Below, one piece after another: positions 9,082 through 18,173 of a stretch of 45,091 nucleotides of DNA (position 1 is its first letter; each line of letters opens with the position of its first letter). Source of the stretch: a bacterium (lineage in GTDB: Bacteria > UBA6262 > WVXT01). A program made the position numbers and the translations under genes. Location: the NCBI GenBank assembly GCA_046759165.1, contig JBHIBS010000014.1, forward strand, positions 1 through 45,091, given 5' to 3'. The notes beneath the pieces are model-generated. The model worked only from the letters and a program-made list of their open reading frames with translations, ran no database searches and was not told the origin of the DNA.

Positions 9082-10004
9082 GTTACTTCCTTAATAAAGC
9101 GACCTGATTTAACATAGATAATGGATAAACCAAAAGCAATAGCAAAGAGGAGCACCGAAACAGCAGAGCCATAGCCAAAGTCGCTCATAAGAAAATATTT
9201 ATAAGCATAGAGGGAAAGTGATGTTGTTGCGCCACCCGGTCCGCCATGGGTAAGCACGTATATAACGTCAAAGATTCTTAATGCATCAATTGTCCTGAAC
9301 AGTAACGCCACGATGATCACCGGTTTAAGCAATGGCAGGGTAATTCTGTAAAATCTTTGTAAAAAATTCGCTCTGTCAACCTGTGCCTGCGCGTAGAGTT
9401 CATTTGGTATTGCTTGTAGTCCGGCAAGGAGAATAATCGCTACAAAAGGTGTTGTCTTCCAAGCATCCGAAATCACCAGCGAGAAGAAAGCCCCAATATT
9501 TGTGCCTAACCAATTTATTGGTTCCCCAGAAATTCCTAATTTTATACATAAAAAATTTGCTAGCCCATAGTTGTAGTTATAAATCAGTTCCCACGTACGC
9601 GCTGATATTGCCGCCGGTATCGCCCAGGGTATAAGCACACAGGCCCGCAAACAGCTCCGCAATGGTATGTTTTGGTTGAGAAGTTGCGAAAACAGTAGCC
9701 CTAAAAGCATTTCTAATGGGACAGATACAGCTATGAACAGCAGGGTGAACCGAAGAGCTTGCCAGAATCTAGGGTCAAGAAACAACTGTTTGTAATTTTC
9801 AAAAAATATGAATTTCTTTTCCAAAAAAGCAACATCCCTAAAACTACTGGTGATAACTGTCCCTAACACAGGTAAGAGGATGAACACCAGAACGAACAGA
9901 ATAAGTGGTAGGACAAAGCTATAAGATTCTTTCAATTCTCTAAACCCCGTTAGAGAGTTGAATTTATTCCTCCTGATATTTTTAGTTACTTTTTTATTGA
10001 TCAT
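9078..10004 (-). CDS. malF: Carbohydrate ABC transporter permease (MalF type); N-terminus derived from an inserted element, start uncertain
   Basis: ENY...F.DP.FW, WKTTPF..IILLAGLQAIP, RITLPLLKP, GGPGGAT. Confidence 0.9.
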   Translation of the reverse strand: MINKKVTKNIRRNKFNSLTGFRELKESYSFVLPLILFVLVFILLPVLGTVITSSFRDVAFLEKKFIFFENYKQLFLDPRFWQALRFTLLFIAVSVPLEMLLGLLFSQLLNQNIPLRSCLRACVLIPWAIPAAISARTWELIYNYNYGLANFLCIKLGISGEPINWLGTNIGAFFSLVISDAWKTTPFVAIILLAGLQAIPNELYAQAQVDRANFLQRFYRITLPLLKPVIIVALLFRTIDALRIFDVIYVLTHGGPGGATTSLSLYAYKYFLMSDFGYGSAVSVLLFAIAFGLSIIYVKSGRFIKEVT

Positions 10005-10122
10005 AGTACCACATTTACCCCAGTAAAAATTCGACTTTATAGAAACGCAATAATTATCTAACAGTGGAACAAAATTATCTCCGAAATTATTGCAACGAAT
10101 CTTTAGAAATTTCTAACGGGGT
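9944..10122. mobile_element. Second, longer CCCCGTTAGA-ended element spanning the malE stop and malF start
   Basis: 11-bp inverted repeat ACCCCGTTAGA 9944-9954 / TCTAACGGGGT 10112-10122, same ends as the malK element; AT-rich interior. Confidence 0.65.
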
Positions 10123-11402
10123 CGGTACCTTTCAACCACTTTTTGTGCTTCTCGCTCTGCACGGACGAAGGCAACTTCCGGTGCTAATTCACCAGTAATT
10201 ATTCCACTTATATATCGCTGAATAACTTCTGAAATCTGTGTATAATAGGGCAAATTTGGTCGAGGTTCTGCATTTTCAAATACTTTTCTCAAACTAGCAA
10301 AGTGGGGCAATTTTTTAAGTACCTCATCGTCTGCGTACACATCCTTTCGGCCGGGATTCCAGCCAAGTTCCAGAGCAAGCTTCTTCTGGGTTCTGTATGA
10401 AGCTACAAATTTGACGAATTGAAAGCTTTCCGATTTTACATTGGAAAATTTTGAAATACCGATATGCCATCCTCCAAGAGTCGACGCACTCTTGCCGGAT
10501 TGAAAATGGGGGAGACGAGCGATACCAAATCTGTCCTTCACTTTTGAATCTTTACTTTGGTGAAGTGACCAGGCATAGGGCCAGTTGCGTTCAAATAGTG
10601 CATTACCTTGCTGGAAAAATATCCTCACTTCCTCTTCCGTCATCTCGGTAAATGTATTGGGAGGAGAGATCTTGTAACTGTGTATTAGGTCATGCATAAA
10701 TTGGGCTGCTCTTATATTCTCAGGCAGATTCAATAATATATTGTTATTTTGGAAAATAATTCCACCACCATTTGAGCCTGCAAATTCTAAGAAGTTACAA
10801 ATTAGGCCTTCGTATTGAACCCCTTGCCACACAAACCCATAAAAATCTGGGTTGATTTTTCTAACATCTTGCTGGACCTTGAGGGAATAATCGACAAGTT
10901 GATCCCACGTTTGGGGTGGTTTTGTATATCCATATTTTTTTAGTAAATCTTTTCTATAATACAAAAGCCCACCGTCCACATATACGGGAAGTGCTATTAA
11001 ACTTCCTTTATATCTGTCTACTAAATTTACTACCTTGCTAAAGAATACTTCAGGGTCTAACCTATCTTTCTCAATGTAGTTATCAAGAGGCTCTAACCAA
11101 TCTGACATTGCGAACTGTCCGACCCAGGCAACATCCATAAGGAAGACATCAGGGTCATTCTTTCTGGATTTTAAGGAAATTAGGAGCCCTTGACGTCTTT
11201 GGTCGGTATCAGTAGGCTGTCGTAAGATATCCACTTTTATACCTGTCTGACTATCAAATTCCTTTACAATTACCTGCCAAAACTCTAATTCGCTAGGCGC
11301 CCCACCTACGGCGAAAGTGACTATCCTTCCTTCTCTTTTGGTGCACCCGATAACAAGAAATGTAAAGCAAAAAGTAATCAAAATAAATTTTTTATTAAAC
11401 AT
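10113..11402 (-). CDS. malE: Trehalose/maltose-type ABC substrate-binding lipoprotein
   Basis: Lipobox LVIGC; FAVGGAP, TDTDQRR, DPDVFLMDVAW, WQGxQYEGLxC, RNWPYAW, TLGGW motifs as recalled for Thermococcus TMBP. Confidence 0.88.
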   Translation of the reverse strand: MFNKKFILITFCFTFLVIGCTKREGRIVTFAVGGAPSELEFWQVIVKEFDSQTGIKVDILRQPTDTDQRRQGLLISLKSRKNDPDVFLMDVAWVGQFAMSDWLEPLDNYIEKDRLDPEVFFSKVVNLVDRYKGSLIALPVYVDGGLLYYRKDLLKKYGYTKPPQTWDQLVDYSLKVQQDVRKINPDFYGFVWQGVQYEGLICNFLEFAGSNGGGIIFQNNNILLNLPENIRAAQFMHDLIHSYKISPPNTFTEMTEEEVRIFFQQGNALFERNWPYAWSLHQSKDSKVKDRFGIARLPHFQSGKSASTLGGWHIGISKFSNVKSESFQFVKFVASYRTQKKLALELGWNPGRKDVYADDEVLKKLPHFASLRKVFENAEPRPNLPYYTQISEVIQRYISGIITGELAPEVAFVRAEREAQKVVERYRPR

Positions 11403-11756
11403 ATTTCGTCAACTGTGATTTGGGGTTGACTTTTGACAGCTTCTCAATAATTATTATCCATCCAGCCTGGGTTTGTTTAGAAATAAGAAGCAGGGGGACC
11501 AAGGGTACTTGACAACTTCCGCTACACTATTCAGAATTTACCCTCAGTTTCATATTGAAATAATTATATTAAATCAGTTTAATTTTATGCAACAAAAAAA
11601 TCAAAAAAGTAACCATAAGTTTCTCACCTGCATAAACAAGCTCAATTTACTAAAATTCTTGAATTCTTCTTACGTAAAACTAAAGTTCAGTCAACTGGAA
11701 AATGTAGCGAAGGAGCCAATAGCTCCCCACCGAGTGGTTTAAGAGAGAGGGGTAGA

Positions 11757-12010
11757 ATGAGAAGATCGTATATTTTACTTTTCTGTATTCTGTTAATTGG
11801 GTTAATTGCGAGACCTTGTTTTAGTGAACAGGTTGGAATAGATCGTTATGTTTGGGAATCTTACTCTGAAGGTATGAAACTTGGTTGGTTTTAGGTCTTA
11901 TGGGAGGAATTAATCAAGCAAGCATGGAAACCAACATTTTTCTTGTAGATTTTGCAAACACTGTGAGGACGAAATTTGCTGGAACAGTTGAGCGGGTTGC
12001 ATCCCAGTAG
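11757..12010 (+). pseudogene. Frameshifted remnant of a small secreted protein
   Basis: Purine-rich RBS, ATG 11757, signal-peptide-like MRRSYILLFCILLIGLIARPCFS, stop at 11892-11894; shifted frame continues LGLMGGINQA to 12010. Confidence 0.45.
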
Positions 12011-12247
12011 TCCGGGTCATTTGCCCCTACGCGTTACCTATTTGCTGCTACGGCTGGTGAAACAGAAGAGAGAAGATTGATAACCAGCAAAAATGGCCCT
12101 GTAAGAATCATTCTTTTGCCAGTGTAACAGATTATCACCCAACCTCTGTTAGCCTCTGAGCCTCACCCGGTAGGTAATCTTCAGAGTGGCGTGTTGGTCA
12201 CCTTGCCCCGTCCCGAAACCCAAACCGGATCGGGAAAGGGCCGAAAA
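11990..12247 (-). pseudogene. Decayed paralogous copy of the leader and first ~45 codons of the large adhesin gene
   Basis: Translates ...KRMILTGPFLLVINLLSSVSPAVAANR*RVG vs adhesin ...RRIILIGLFLVAISFVFSVSPAAAANRYWVG; both ATGs mutated, in-frame TAA at 12034-12036; leader matches 22821-22912. Confidence 0.85.
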
Positions 12248-12248
12248 T

Positions 12249-14009
12249 TCAAGATACGCCAGAATAATTGCAAACCTGGTTCCTACCCTGCTTTTTAGCT
12301 CTGTAGAGGGCCTGATCGGCTCTCTTAATGAAGACTTTTCGTGAGATCTTTTCTTCTATATCCTTCTTTGTGTAAGAAGCAGTGCCGACGCTTATTGTGA
12401 CCTTAAGCGGCATATTGCCCAGCCCATTAAATTCAGTTTCTTCTATAATTGTCCTTATCCTCTCTGCAAAAATGGCAGCTCCTTGACTATCCATCTCAGG
12501 CGTAATAATGGCGAATTCTTCCCCGCCATACCGAGCTGCGATGTCAAAGCTGCGGATTTTCTCTTTCAATTTCTTGGCTATCATTTTCAACACCTCATCT
12601 CCCGTTTGGTGACCATAGAGGTCGTTAACTGATTTGAAATGGTCTATGTCAATCATCAACAGAGAGAGAGGTTGTCCATATCGTTGAGTCCGTTCTATTT
12701 CTTCTTTCAGGCGAAATTGAAAGTATCTGGGAATGTAGAGCTGCGTCAAGCCGTCGGTAATCGCTAATTCATATAATATAGCATTTTCTATAGTTACTGC
12801 TACGTGGTTGGCCAATGTGGAATATAAGGTAACTTCATCCTTGGTGAATGGTTCTCCTGACAGCTTATTGCTCAAATTGATTACTCCCAGAACCTTCTCT
12901 TTAACCGTTAAAGGCATAACTAAAAGGGATTCCCGTATTTTTTCTCCCGTGGGATTAAATACTTTGTAATCCGAGAATTTTCTTACATCATCTAAACAGA
13001 TTACTTTACCACTTTCAGCTGCTTTTCCAGCAACCCCTTCTCCAATCTTGAATTTGATTCTTTCAAACTTTTCCCTATCAATGCCTTCAGCAGCTTGAAT
13101 CCTCAGTTCATTTGCATTTTCATCAGTTAACATTAAGGAGACTTTTTTAACCTTTGCCATGTCGACATAGAGAGATACTATCAAGCGCAAAAGTTCTTCT
13201 TTCTCTAGTACAGAACTTATGCTTGTGCTCAATTTCTGGAGGGTTTCCAAATCAAGCACTTTTTGGGAAAGGGCTTGCTGATTTTTCAACAGATCCTTTG
13301 TCATATTGTTAAAAGAATCGGCCAATTCACCAATCTCATCGCGACTTTTTAGCACAATCCTGTGTTTCAAATCCCCCGCACTCACGTTCTTAACTCCTCG
13401 AATTAATTTAGCTAATGGACCGGTTATGAAAGAAACCAGAAACCAAGCCACAACTAAACCCAATAATAAAACTCCTGCAGTAACTCCAGAGATAATTCTT
13501 TGCATGCGTGCAACCGCCAGGTGAATCTCTTTACCGGAGAACCCGATACGGAGCGTTGCTAATCTTTGTCCTTTGGTTAGGATAGGAGTAGCGATATCAT
13601 AGTAATTTCCTAAAATCTTTGTAAAATTATGTTGAATAAGCATTCTTTCTGCTGCCTTTGCCTTCAGTCCAATTGGATCATTGTAAACCGTGCCTTTGAC
13701 TACGGTGTGATCGGAATGAGAAATCACGCCTCCTTCATTATCCAGGACCATGGCATAGATTACCGATTTCTCTTCTATAGCTTTATCCATGTACACACCC
13801 AGCAACAACTCGTCTCCAGTAAGTAAAGCTTCTTCACAATTAGCTGCTATATTAGAAGCTAAAGCCTCCCCTTTCTTTTTCATCTCTTCTATTAAAGGAC
13901 GTTTCACTTGCTCTATAGTAATCAATCCCACACTTATCATGATCATACAGATCAATCCACTAATTATAATGCTAAATTTGAATTTCAAGCTTATCTTTTT
14001 CTTATTCAT
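12249..14009 (-). CDS. Membrane diguanylate cyclase (2 TM, periplasmic Cache-like, HAMP, GAF, GGDEF); start ATG 14009 (or GTG 14036)
   Basis: HAMP SRDEIGELADSFN, GAF GEGVAG..KVLGVINL, DGLT, DIDHFKSVNDLYGH, I-site RSFD, active site RYGGEEF; GGAGGA RBS. Confidence 0.93.
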   Translation of the reverse strand: MNKKKISLKFKFSIIISGLICMIMISVGLITIEQVKRPLIEEMKKKGEALASNIAANCEEALLTGDELLLGVYMDKAIEEKSVIYAMVLDNEGGVISHSDHTVVKGTVYNDPIGLKAKAAERMLIQHNFTKILGNYYDIATPILTKGQRLATLRIGFSGKEIHLAVARMQRIISGVTAGVLLLGLVVAWFLVSFITGPLAKLIRGVKNVSAGDLKHRIVLKSRDEIGELADSFNNMTKDLLKNQQALSQKVLDLETLQKLSTSISSVLEKEELLRLIVSLYVDMAKVKKVSLMLTDENANELRIQAAEGIDREKFERIKFKIGEGVAGKAAESGKVICLDDVRKFSDYKVFNPTGEKIRESLLVMPLTVKEKVLGVINLSNKLSGEPFTKDEVTLYSTLANHVAVTIENAILYELAITDGLTQLYIPRYFQFRLKEEIERTQRYGQPLSLLMIDIDHFKSVNDLYGHQTGDEVLKMIAKKLKEKIRSFDIAARYGGEEFAIITPEMDSQGAAIFAERIRTIIEETEFNGLGNMPLKVTISVGTASYTKKDIEEKISRKVFIKRADQALYRAKKQGRNQVCNYSGVS

Positions 14010-14032
14010 TGTTCTCCTCCAGTCTTGGCCGG

Positions 14033-16054
14033 TCACTCTATGGTGGTCACCACAATTTCCACTCTCCTGTTCTTTGCTCGTCCTTCTGCGGTCCTATTGG
14101 AAGCCACGGGTCTGCTATCGCCATAACCTTTAACAAAAAAACGTTCTACAGATACGCTACTCCTTTCGATTAAATAGTGAGACACTTCTTTAGCCCGCGC
14201 TTTGGAAAGCGCCAAATTTGATGGGTAAGGACATCGAGGTCCTATCGGTACATTATCCGTATGGCCTTCAATAGTAATCTCCACCTTTGGTTCCTTCTGC
14301 AAAATCGTGATGACTTGGTCTAGAATAGGATGGCCTTCCAATTTTATTCTGGCACTGCCACTGGTGAAAAGCAGACTCTCACTTATGATTAGCCGCCGGG
14401 AAGGTATTTCTTTCTCCTTTTTCACCAGAATGGTGGGTTTCTCCAAATCTACTTTTGCTTCAATTATAGCCTGGGCCTTTGCAGTGCGGCCAAGCCAATC
14501 GGTCAGCGTTGCCTCGATCTTATTACTCCCCTCCTCTAAAGGAACTAATGCCTTATAAGTTCTCTCGCCAAAATTCAAGTCCGCAGAAATATTGCCGGGG
14601 TTTATCATAATCTTTTTCACATTTCCTTTGTTAAACTTTCCAGTGATACTTTGTAGACCAATACTCAGCGGCGCCTCACTTACATCAATAGTCACAACAG
14701 GTTTGATAGTGTCTATTGCCAATTTAGCAAGAGATCTGTTGAACTCACCCTTTTTGTCACGGACGGTCAAACGCAGATTATAAACATCGTTATTGCTGGG
14801 CAAATCTTTCAGATCCCAACTGACAATTAAACGACCCCTTTTTACCACGGGACGGATATCAATTCCTTTACTGAGCCAAACTTCAGGGAAAGAACCTATA
14901 CTATACTCCATCACGTAATTCTTTATACCTCGATAACTGAATGCGAGGCATTCAATCTCTAGTGGATGCTCAACATCAGTCATATAGCTTCGGGGTAGAC
15001 GAATGGCCGCATGGGGAATAATCTTATTGAATCGACTTATCCCATTATCAGTGCCAAACCAAACATAGTTGCCGTCTATAGCAATAGCTGTCACTGAGTC
15101 ATCAATTAAGCCATCTTTTGTGGAAAAAGTTTGCCATTTGTTTCTGGTGGTATCGAAGCAACTCACCCCATCAAATGTGCCAAGCCAGATATATCTACCG
15201 TCGGCTGCTATGGATAACGAGAAGTTGTCTGCCAGAGCACTGACCACTCGTTCCTCCTTGGCAAGACCAGCGGAACCTTTCCCTCGGTGAGATACATAAT
15301 AAGTCCACCTTTTGGTTGTTTTGTCATAGGCACGTACTCCTCCGCCAAATGTTGCCGCCCAAATCTTGCCTCCCTCACTGGCAATGGCAAAATTAGTGTA
15401 TAGTAATTCTTCAGGCGAATAGAAACTCCATTGTTTTGTCACCAAATCCAACACGCTGACCAGAGGCCCTACGGTGGCGATTAAAAGATGCCCACCATCC
15501 ACAAGCATGCTTTTAATCCTGTTATCGAAAAGTCCTTCCTTAGTAGTGTAGGAAGTGAAGCTGCGATTCCTTTTGTTGAACCCACTCAATCCACCCTCTG
15601 TTCCCAGCCATACATCACTATCAGTTACTGCCAATGCATTCACTCTGTCATTAATTAGACCTTCCCTCGTGGTATAGGAAATCCAGTTATTTTTTACTTT
15701 ATTAAAAAGACTAGCTCCAGCCTGGGTTCCGAACCACACCCCATCTCCATCGACCAGAATAGCATTGACCTGGTTGGAAGTTAGACCTGTCGCGGTAGTA
15801 TAAGTTGTCCAGCGATTTTTCTTCTTATTAAACCGAGTCACTCCATTGTCGGTCCCAATCCAAATTTCATCTCCATCAACCGCAATGCATTTAACGATGT
15901 TGCTGGTTAGACCATCCTTGGTGGTGTAGCTAATCCATTCTTTACCAGCGTAGCTGACTCCTCTGGTTAGAGCTATTCCGGCTAAAAAAGATACTACACA
16001 TAATAAAGATGCTAAATTGCGTAGAACGGTCGGATTTTTTTTCATGGCTATCAC
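14033..16054 (-). CDS. Secreted beta-propeller (two-component-regulator-propeller-like repeats) + Ig-like + OmpA/MotB C-terminal peptidoglycan-binding protein
   Basis: Signal peptide; repeats WxxYTTxxGLxxNxVxAIxxDGxxxWxGTxxG; C-terminal IEGHTD...NLALSKARA...GYGDSRP...NRRVEI. Confidence 0.85.
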   Translation of the reverse strand: MIAMKKNPTVLRNLASLLCVVSFLAGIALTRGVSYAGKEWISYTTKDGLTSNIVKCIAVDGDEIWIGTDNGVTRFNKKKNRWTTYTTATGLTSNQVNAILVDGDGVWFGTQAGASLFNKVKNNWISYTTREGLINDRVNALAVTDSDVWLGTEGGLSGFNKRNRSFTSYTTKEGLFDNRIKSMLVDGGHLLIATVGPLVSVLDLVTKQWSFYSPEELLYTNFAIASEGGKIWAATFGGGVRAYDKTTKRWTYYVSHRGKGSAGLAKEERVVSALADNFSLSIAADGRYIWLGTFDGVSCFDTTRNKWQTFSTKDGLIDDSVTAIAIDGNYVWFGTDNGISRFNKIIPHAAIRLPRSYMTDVEHPLEIECLAFSYRGIKNYVMEYSIGSFPEVWLSKGIDIRPVVKRGRLIVSWDLKDLPSNNDVYNLRLTVRDKKGEFNRSLAKLAIDTIKPVVTIDVSEAPLSIGLQSITGKFNKGNVKKIMINPGNISADLNFGERTYKALVPLEEGSNKIEATLTDWLGRTAKAQAIIEAKVDLEKPTILVKKEKEIPSRRLIISESLLFTSGSARIKLEGHPILDQVITILQKEPKVEITIEGHTDNVPIGPRCPYPSNLALSKARAKEVSHYLIERSSVSVERFFVKGYGDSRPVASNRTAEGRAKNRRVEIVVTTIE

Positions 16055-18105
16055 TCCTCCTTAATGTTTGTTTCCTCTATCTCTTGTAACTTTTTCTGCT
16101 TAGTAGTTGCCCTCTTTAGGTACTTCGGTGCCTTTTCGTGTTGGGGCTCTAAAACCAACACCTGCTTCCACTGGGCGATTGCTCCTTCTAAATCATTTTC
16201 TCGATAGAAAATAATCCCTTGTGCGAGGCGAGCTTCAACGCATAGTTGCTTTATATTCAGATGCTCAGGGGCTACTTCCAATACTTTCTCCCATATTTCA
16301 GCGGCTTCGATGTAATTGCCTTCGTTATAATTCTGGATTCCTTGATTGCAAAATTTATCGATCTTCTCTTCGATCACTTTTTCTGCTATTTTAATCATGC
16401 TCCTCGCCTGGTCATAATCGGGATTTACACTGAGGGCTTTCTTCCATTCTTCAATTGCCTCCGTAAATTTGTTATTGTGGTACATCTCCATTCCTGTCTC
16501 AAAATATTCCTTTACCACAAGGTTAATATGGTGCAGGGCCTCTTTTTGTTGGGGATCTATATCCAATGTCCTTCGCCACTCTTTTACTGCTTCCAAATAA
16601 TCACCTGCTTTGTAATACTCCAGACCTTTTTCAAAATACTCACCAATAATTCGCTCACGGGAAGCTGCCTCCATCTCTTTAATCTTGAGGCTAGCCTTCT
16701 CGATATTTTCTGTAGCTCGATAGTAGTGAGCATCCCATTCTAAAACTCGTTGCCATTCTTTAATAGCCTGAGCGTAATTCCCCTGTTCATAATGTGTCAT
16801 TCCAAGATTAAAATGTTCGTCCATTGTTTTCTTTATGCTCTCTATCTTTTCTCTAACCCAAGCATCCTCGGGCCGCAGCCTTGATACAGCATTCCATTCA
16901 TTTATTGCTTCTGCCCACCTACCTTCGTTGTAATATTCCTGCGCCTTTTGATAATGCTCCTCCACCAACTTATCCAGTTCAACTTGGGCGGCTTCAAGAT
17001 ATCTACTGGCTAACTCATGAGAAGGATCGGCTTTTAAGACCTCGTTCCAGACTGCTATAGTTTCCCGCAACTTTCCTCTTTGATAGAAGTCCATTCCCTG
17101 CCTGAAGCGCTTTGTGATCTCCTCTACCTCTGTCTCTTCTGTTTCTACTGTAACCTCAGCTGGAGGTCTTGGGACCGGCTGATGAATGGTGAGGGAAAGG
17201 CGATGGGAACCATAAATATCTTTAATACCCGTAAGTGGATAGATAAAAGTATAATCAAATTCGAATAGTTTTATATTGAAACTCGTCCCCAGAGAAAGAC
17301 TCCTGTATTCCCTGCTCCCAATCCCTAAACCACCTCTTATCCCCAGTATTTTGCTGAAGAACCACTTCTCTCCTCCTGCATAAACATTTGCATCCCTGTC
17401 TTTGTATGCTGTATCCAGCGCAAGATTAAGCGTTCCATTCTTATAGGCAAGCCCTATCTTAACGCAGAGAGGAACTTTGCTTCCTTCATGTGCTAACTCT
17501 ACATTCGGTTGGTTGATGTCCATCAAAGATAGACCTAAAGATATTCTTTTCGTAAGCTCATATAGCCCACCCAGATCCATACTGAACCGAGTTGCCGAGT
17601 AGCCATAATTCATAAATATTGGATTTGCCCGAGTATACGCATCTTTTCCGTATCTCTTCGATAAAAGTTTCAGATTCATTCCGATATACCATGGTCGGGA
17701 TATCTGCTTCCCGTAGGAGAATATAAATGTATTCTCCTGATAATATCTGGTTAAACTTAGATTCAACCATCCCACTCCCAGGGTACCCCAATCTAGTGGA
17801 TGTCCATAGCCTATAAACCCACTTCCCAAATTTGTCTCTCCTGGACCATTCAGCCCCCAGTAGAGCTTGCCATAGCCACAGGTGAATTCCTTTCCCTTAA
17901 GCTGCCCTAACCCAGCTGGATTATAGTAAATAGCATTAACATCATCAACCAGACCAACAAAAGCCCTGCCCATGCCAATCGGTCTTGCTCCCACACCAAG
18001 GTCCTCAAAGTCAGCCAAGACTGGCTCAGGCCACACCCCCCAGATTATAGTTACCGACAATATCAGGATAATTAACTTAAATCGTTTTTTCATCTCTTTG
18101 ACCAA
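16051..18105 (-). CDS. PorV/PorP(SprF)-like outer-membrane barrel fused to C-terminal TPR array
   Basis: Signal peptide then DLGVGARPIGMGRAFVGLVDDVNAIYYNPAGL (FadL/PorV-like N-terminus), amphipathic strands ending GSHRLSL, then repeated GxxxYxxGxxxEAIxEWxxVL TPRs. Confidence 0.75.
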   Translation of the reverse strand: MVKEMKKRFKLIILILSVTIIWGVWPEPVLADFEDLGVGARPIGMGRAFVGLVDDVNAIYYNPAGLGQLKGKEFTCGYGKLYWGLNGPGETNLGSGFIGYGHPLDWGTLGVGWLNLSLTRYYQENTFIFSYGKQISRPWYIGMNLKLLSKRYGKDAYTRANPIFMNYGYSATRFSMDLGGLYELTKRISLGLSLMDINQPNVELAHEGSKVPLCVKIGLAYKNGTLNLALDTAYKDRDANVYAGGEKWFFSKILGIRGGLGIGSREYRSLSLGTSFNIKLFEFDYTFIYPLTGIKDIYGSHRLSLTIHQPVPRPPAEVTVETEETEVEEITKRFRQGMDFYQRGKLRETIAVWNEVLKADPSHELASRYLEAAQVELDKLVEEHYQKAQEYYNEGRWAEAINEWNAVSRLRPEDAWVREKIESIKKTMDEHFNLGMTHYEQGNYAQAIKEWQRVLEWDAHYYRATENIEKASLKIKEMEAASRERIIGEYFEKGLEYYKAGDYLEAVKEWRRTLDIDPQQKEALHHINLVVKEYFETGMEMYHNNKFTEAIEEWKKALSVNPDYDQARSMIKIAEKVIEEKIDKFCNQGIQNYNEGNYIEAAEIWEKVLEVAPEHLNIKQLCVEARLAQGIIFYRENDLEGAIAQWKQVLVLEPQHEKAPKYLKRATTKQKKLQEIEETNIKEE

Positions 18106-18135
18106 TTGCTATTCTTGATCATTGCCGACGGAAGC

Positions 18136-18159
18136 GGGTTCAATAAATTGAACCCCTAT
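18136..18159. repeat. Short intergenic palindrome (REP-like)
   Basis: GGGTTCAAT-AA-ATTGAACCC 9-bp stem with flanking ATAG tetramer on the minus strand. Confidence 0.4.
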
Positions 18160-18173
18160 AGACCCCCCTTTCA

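Noticed and set aside
11473-11742. 89-aa ORF in AT-rich spacer
   Set aside because: TTG start, no RBS or recognisable motif; likely non-coding
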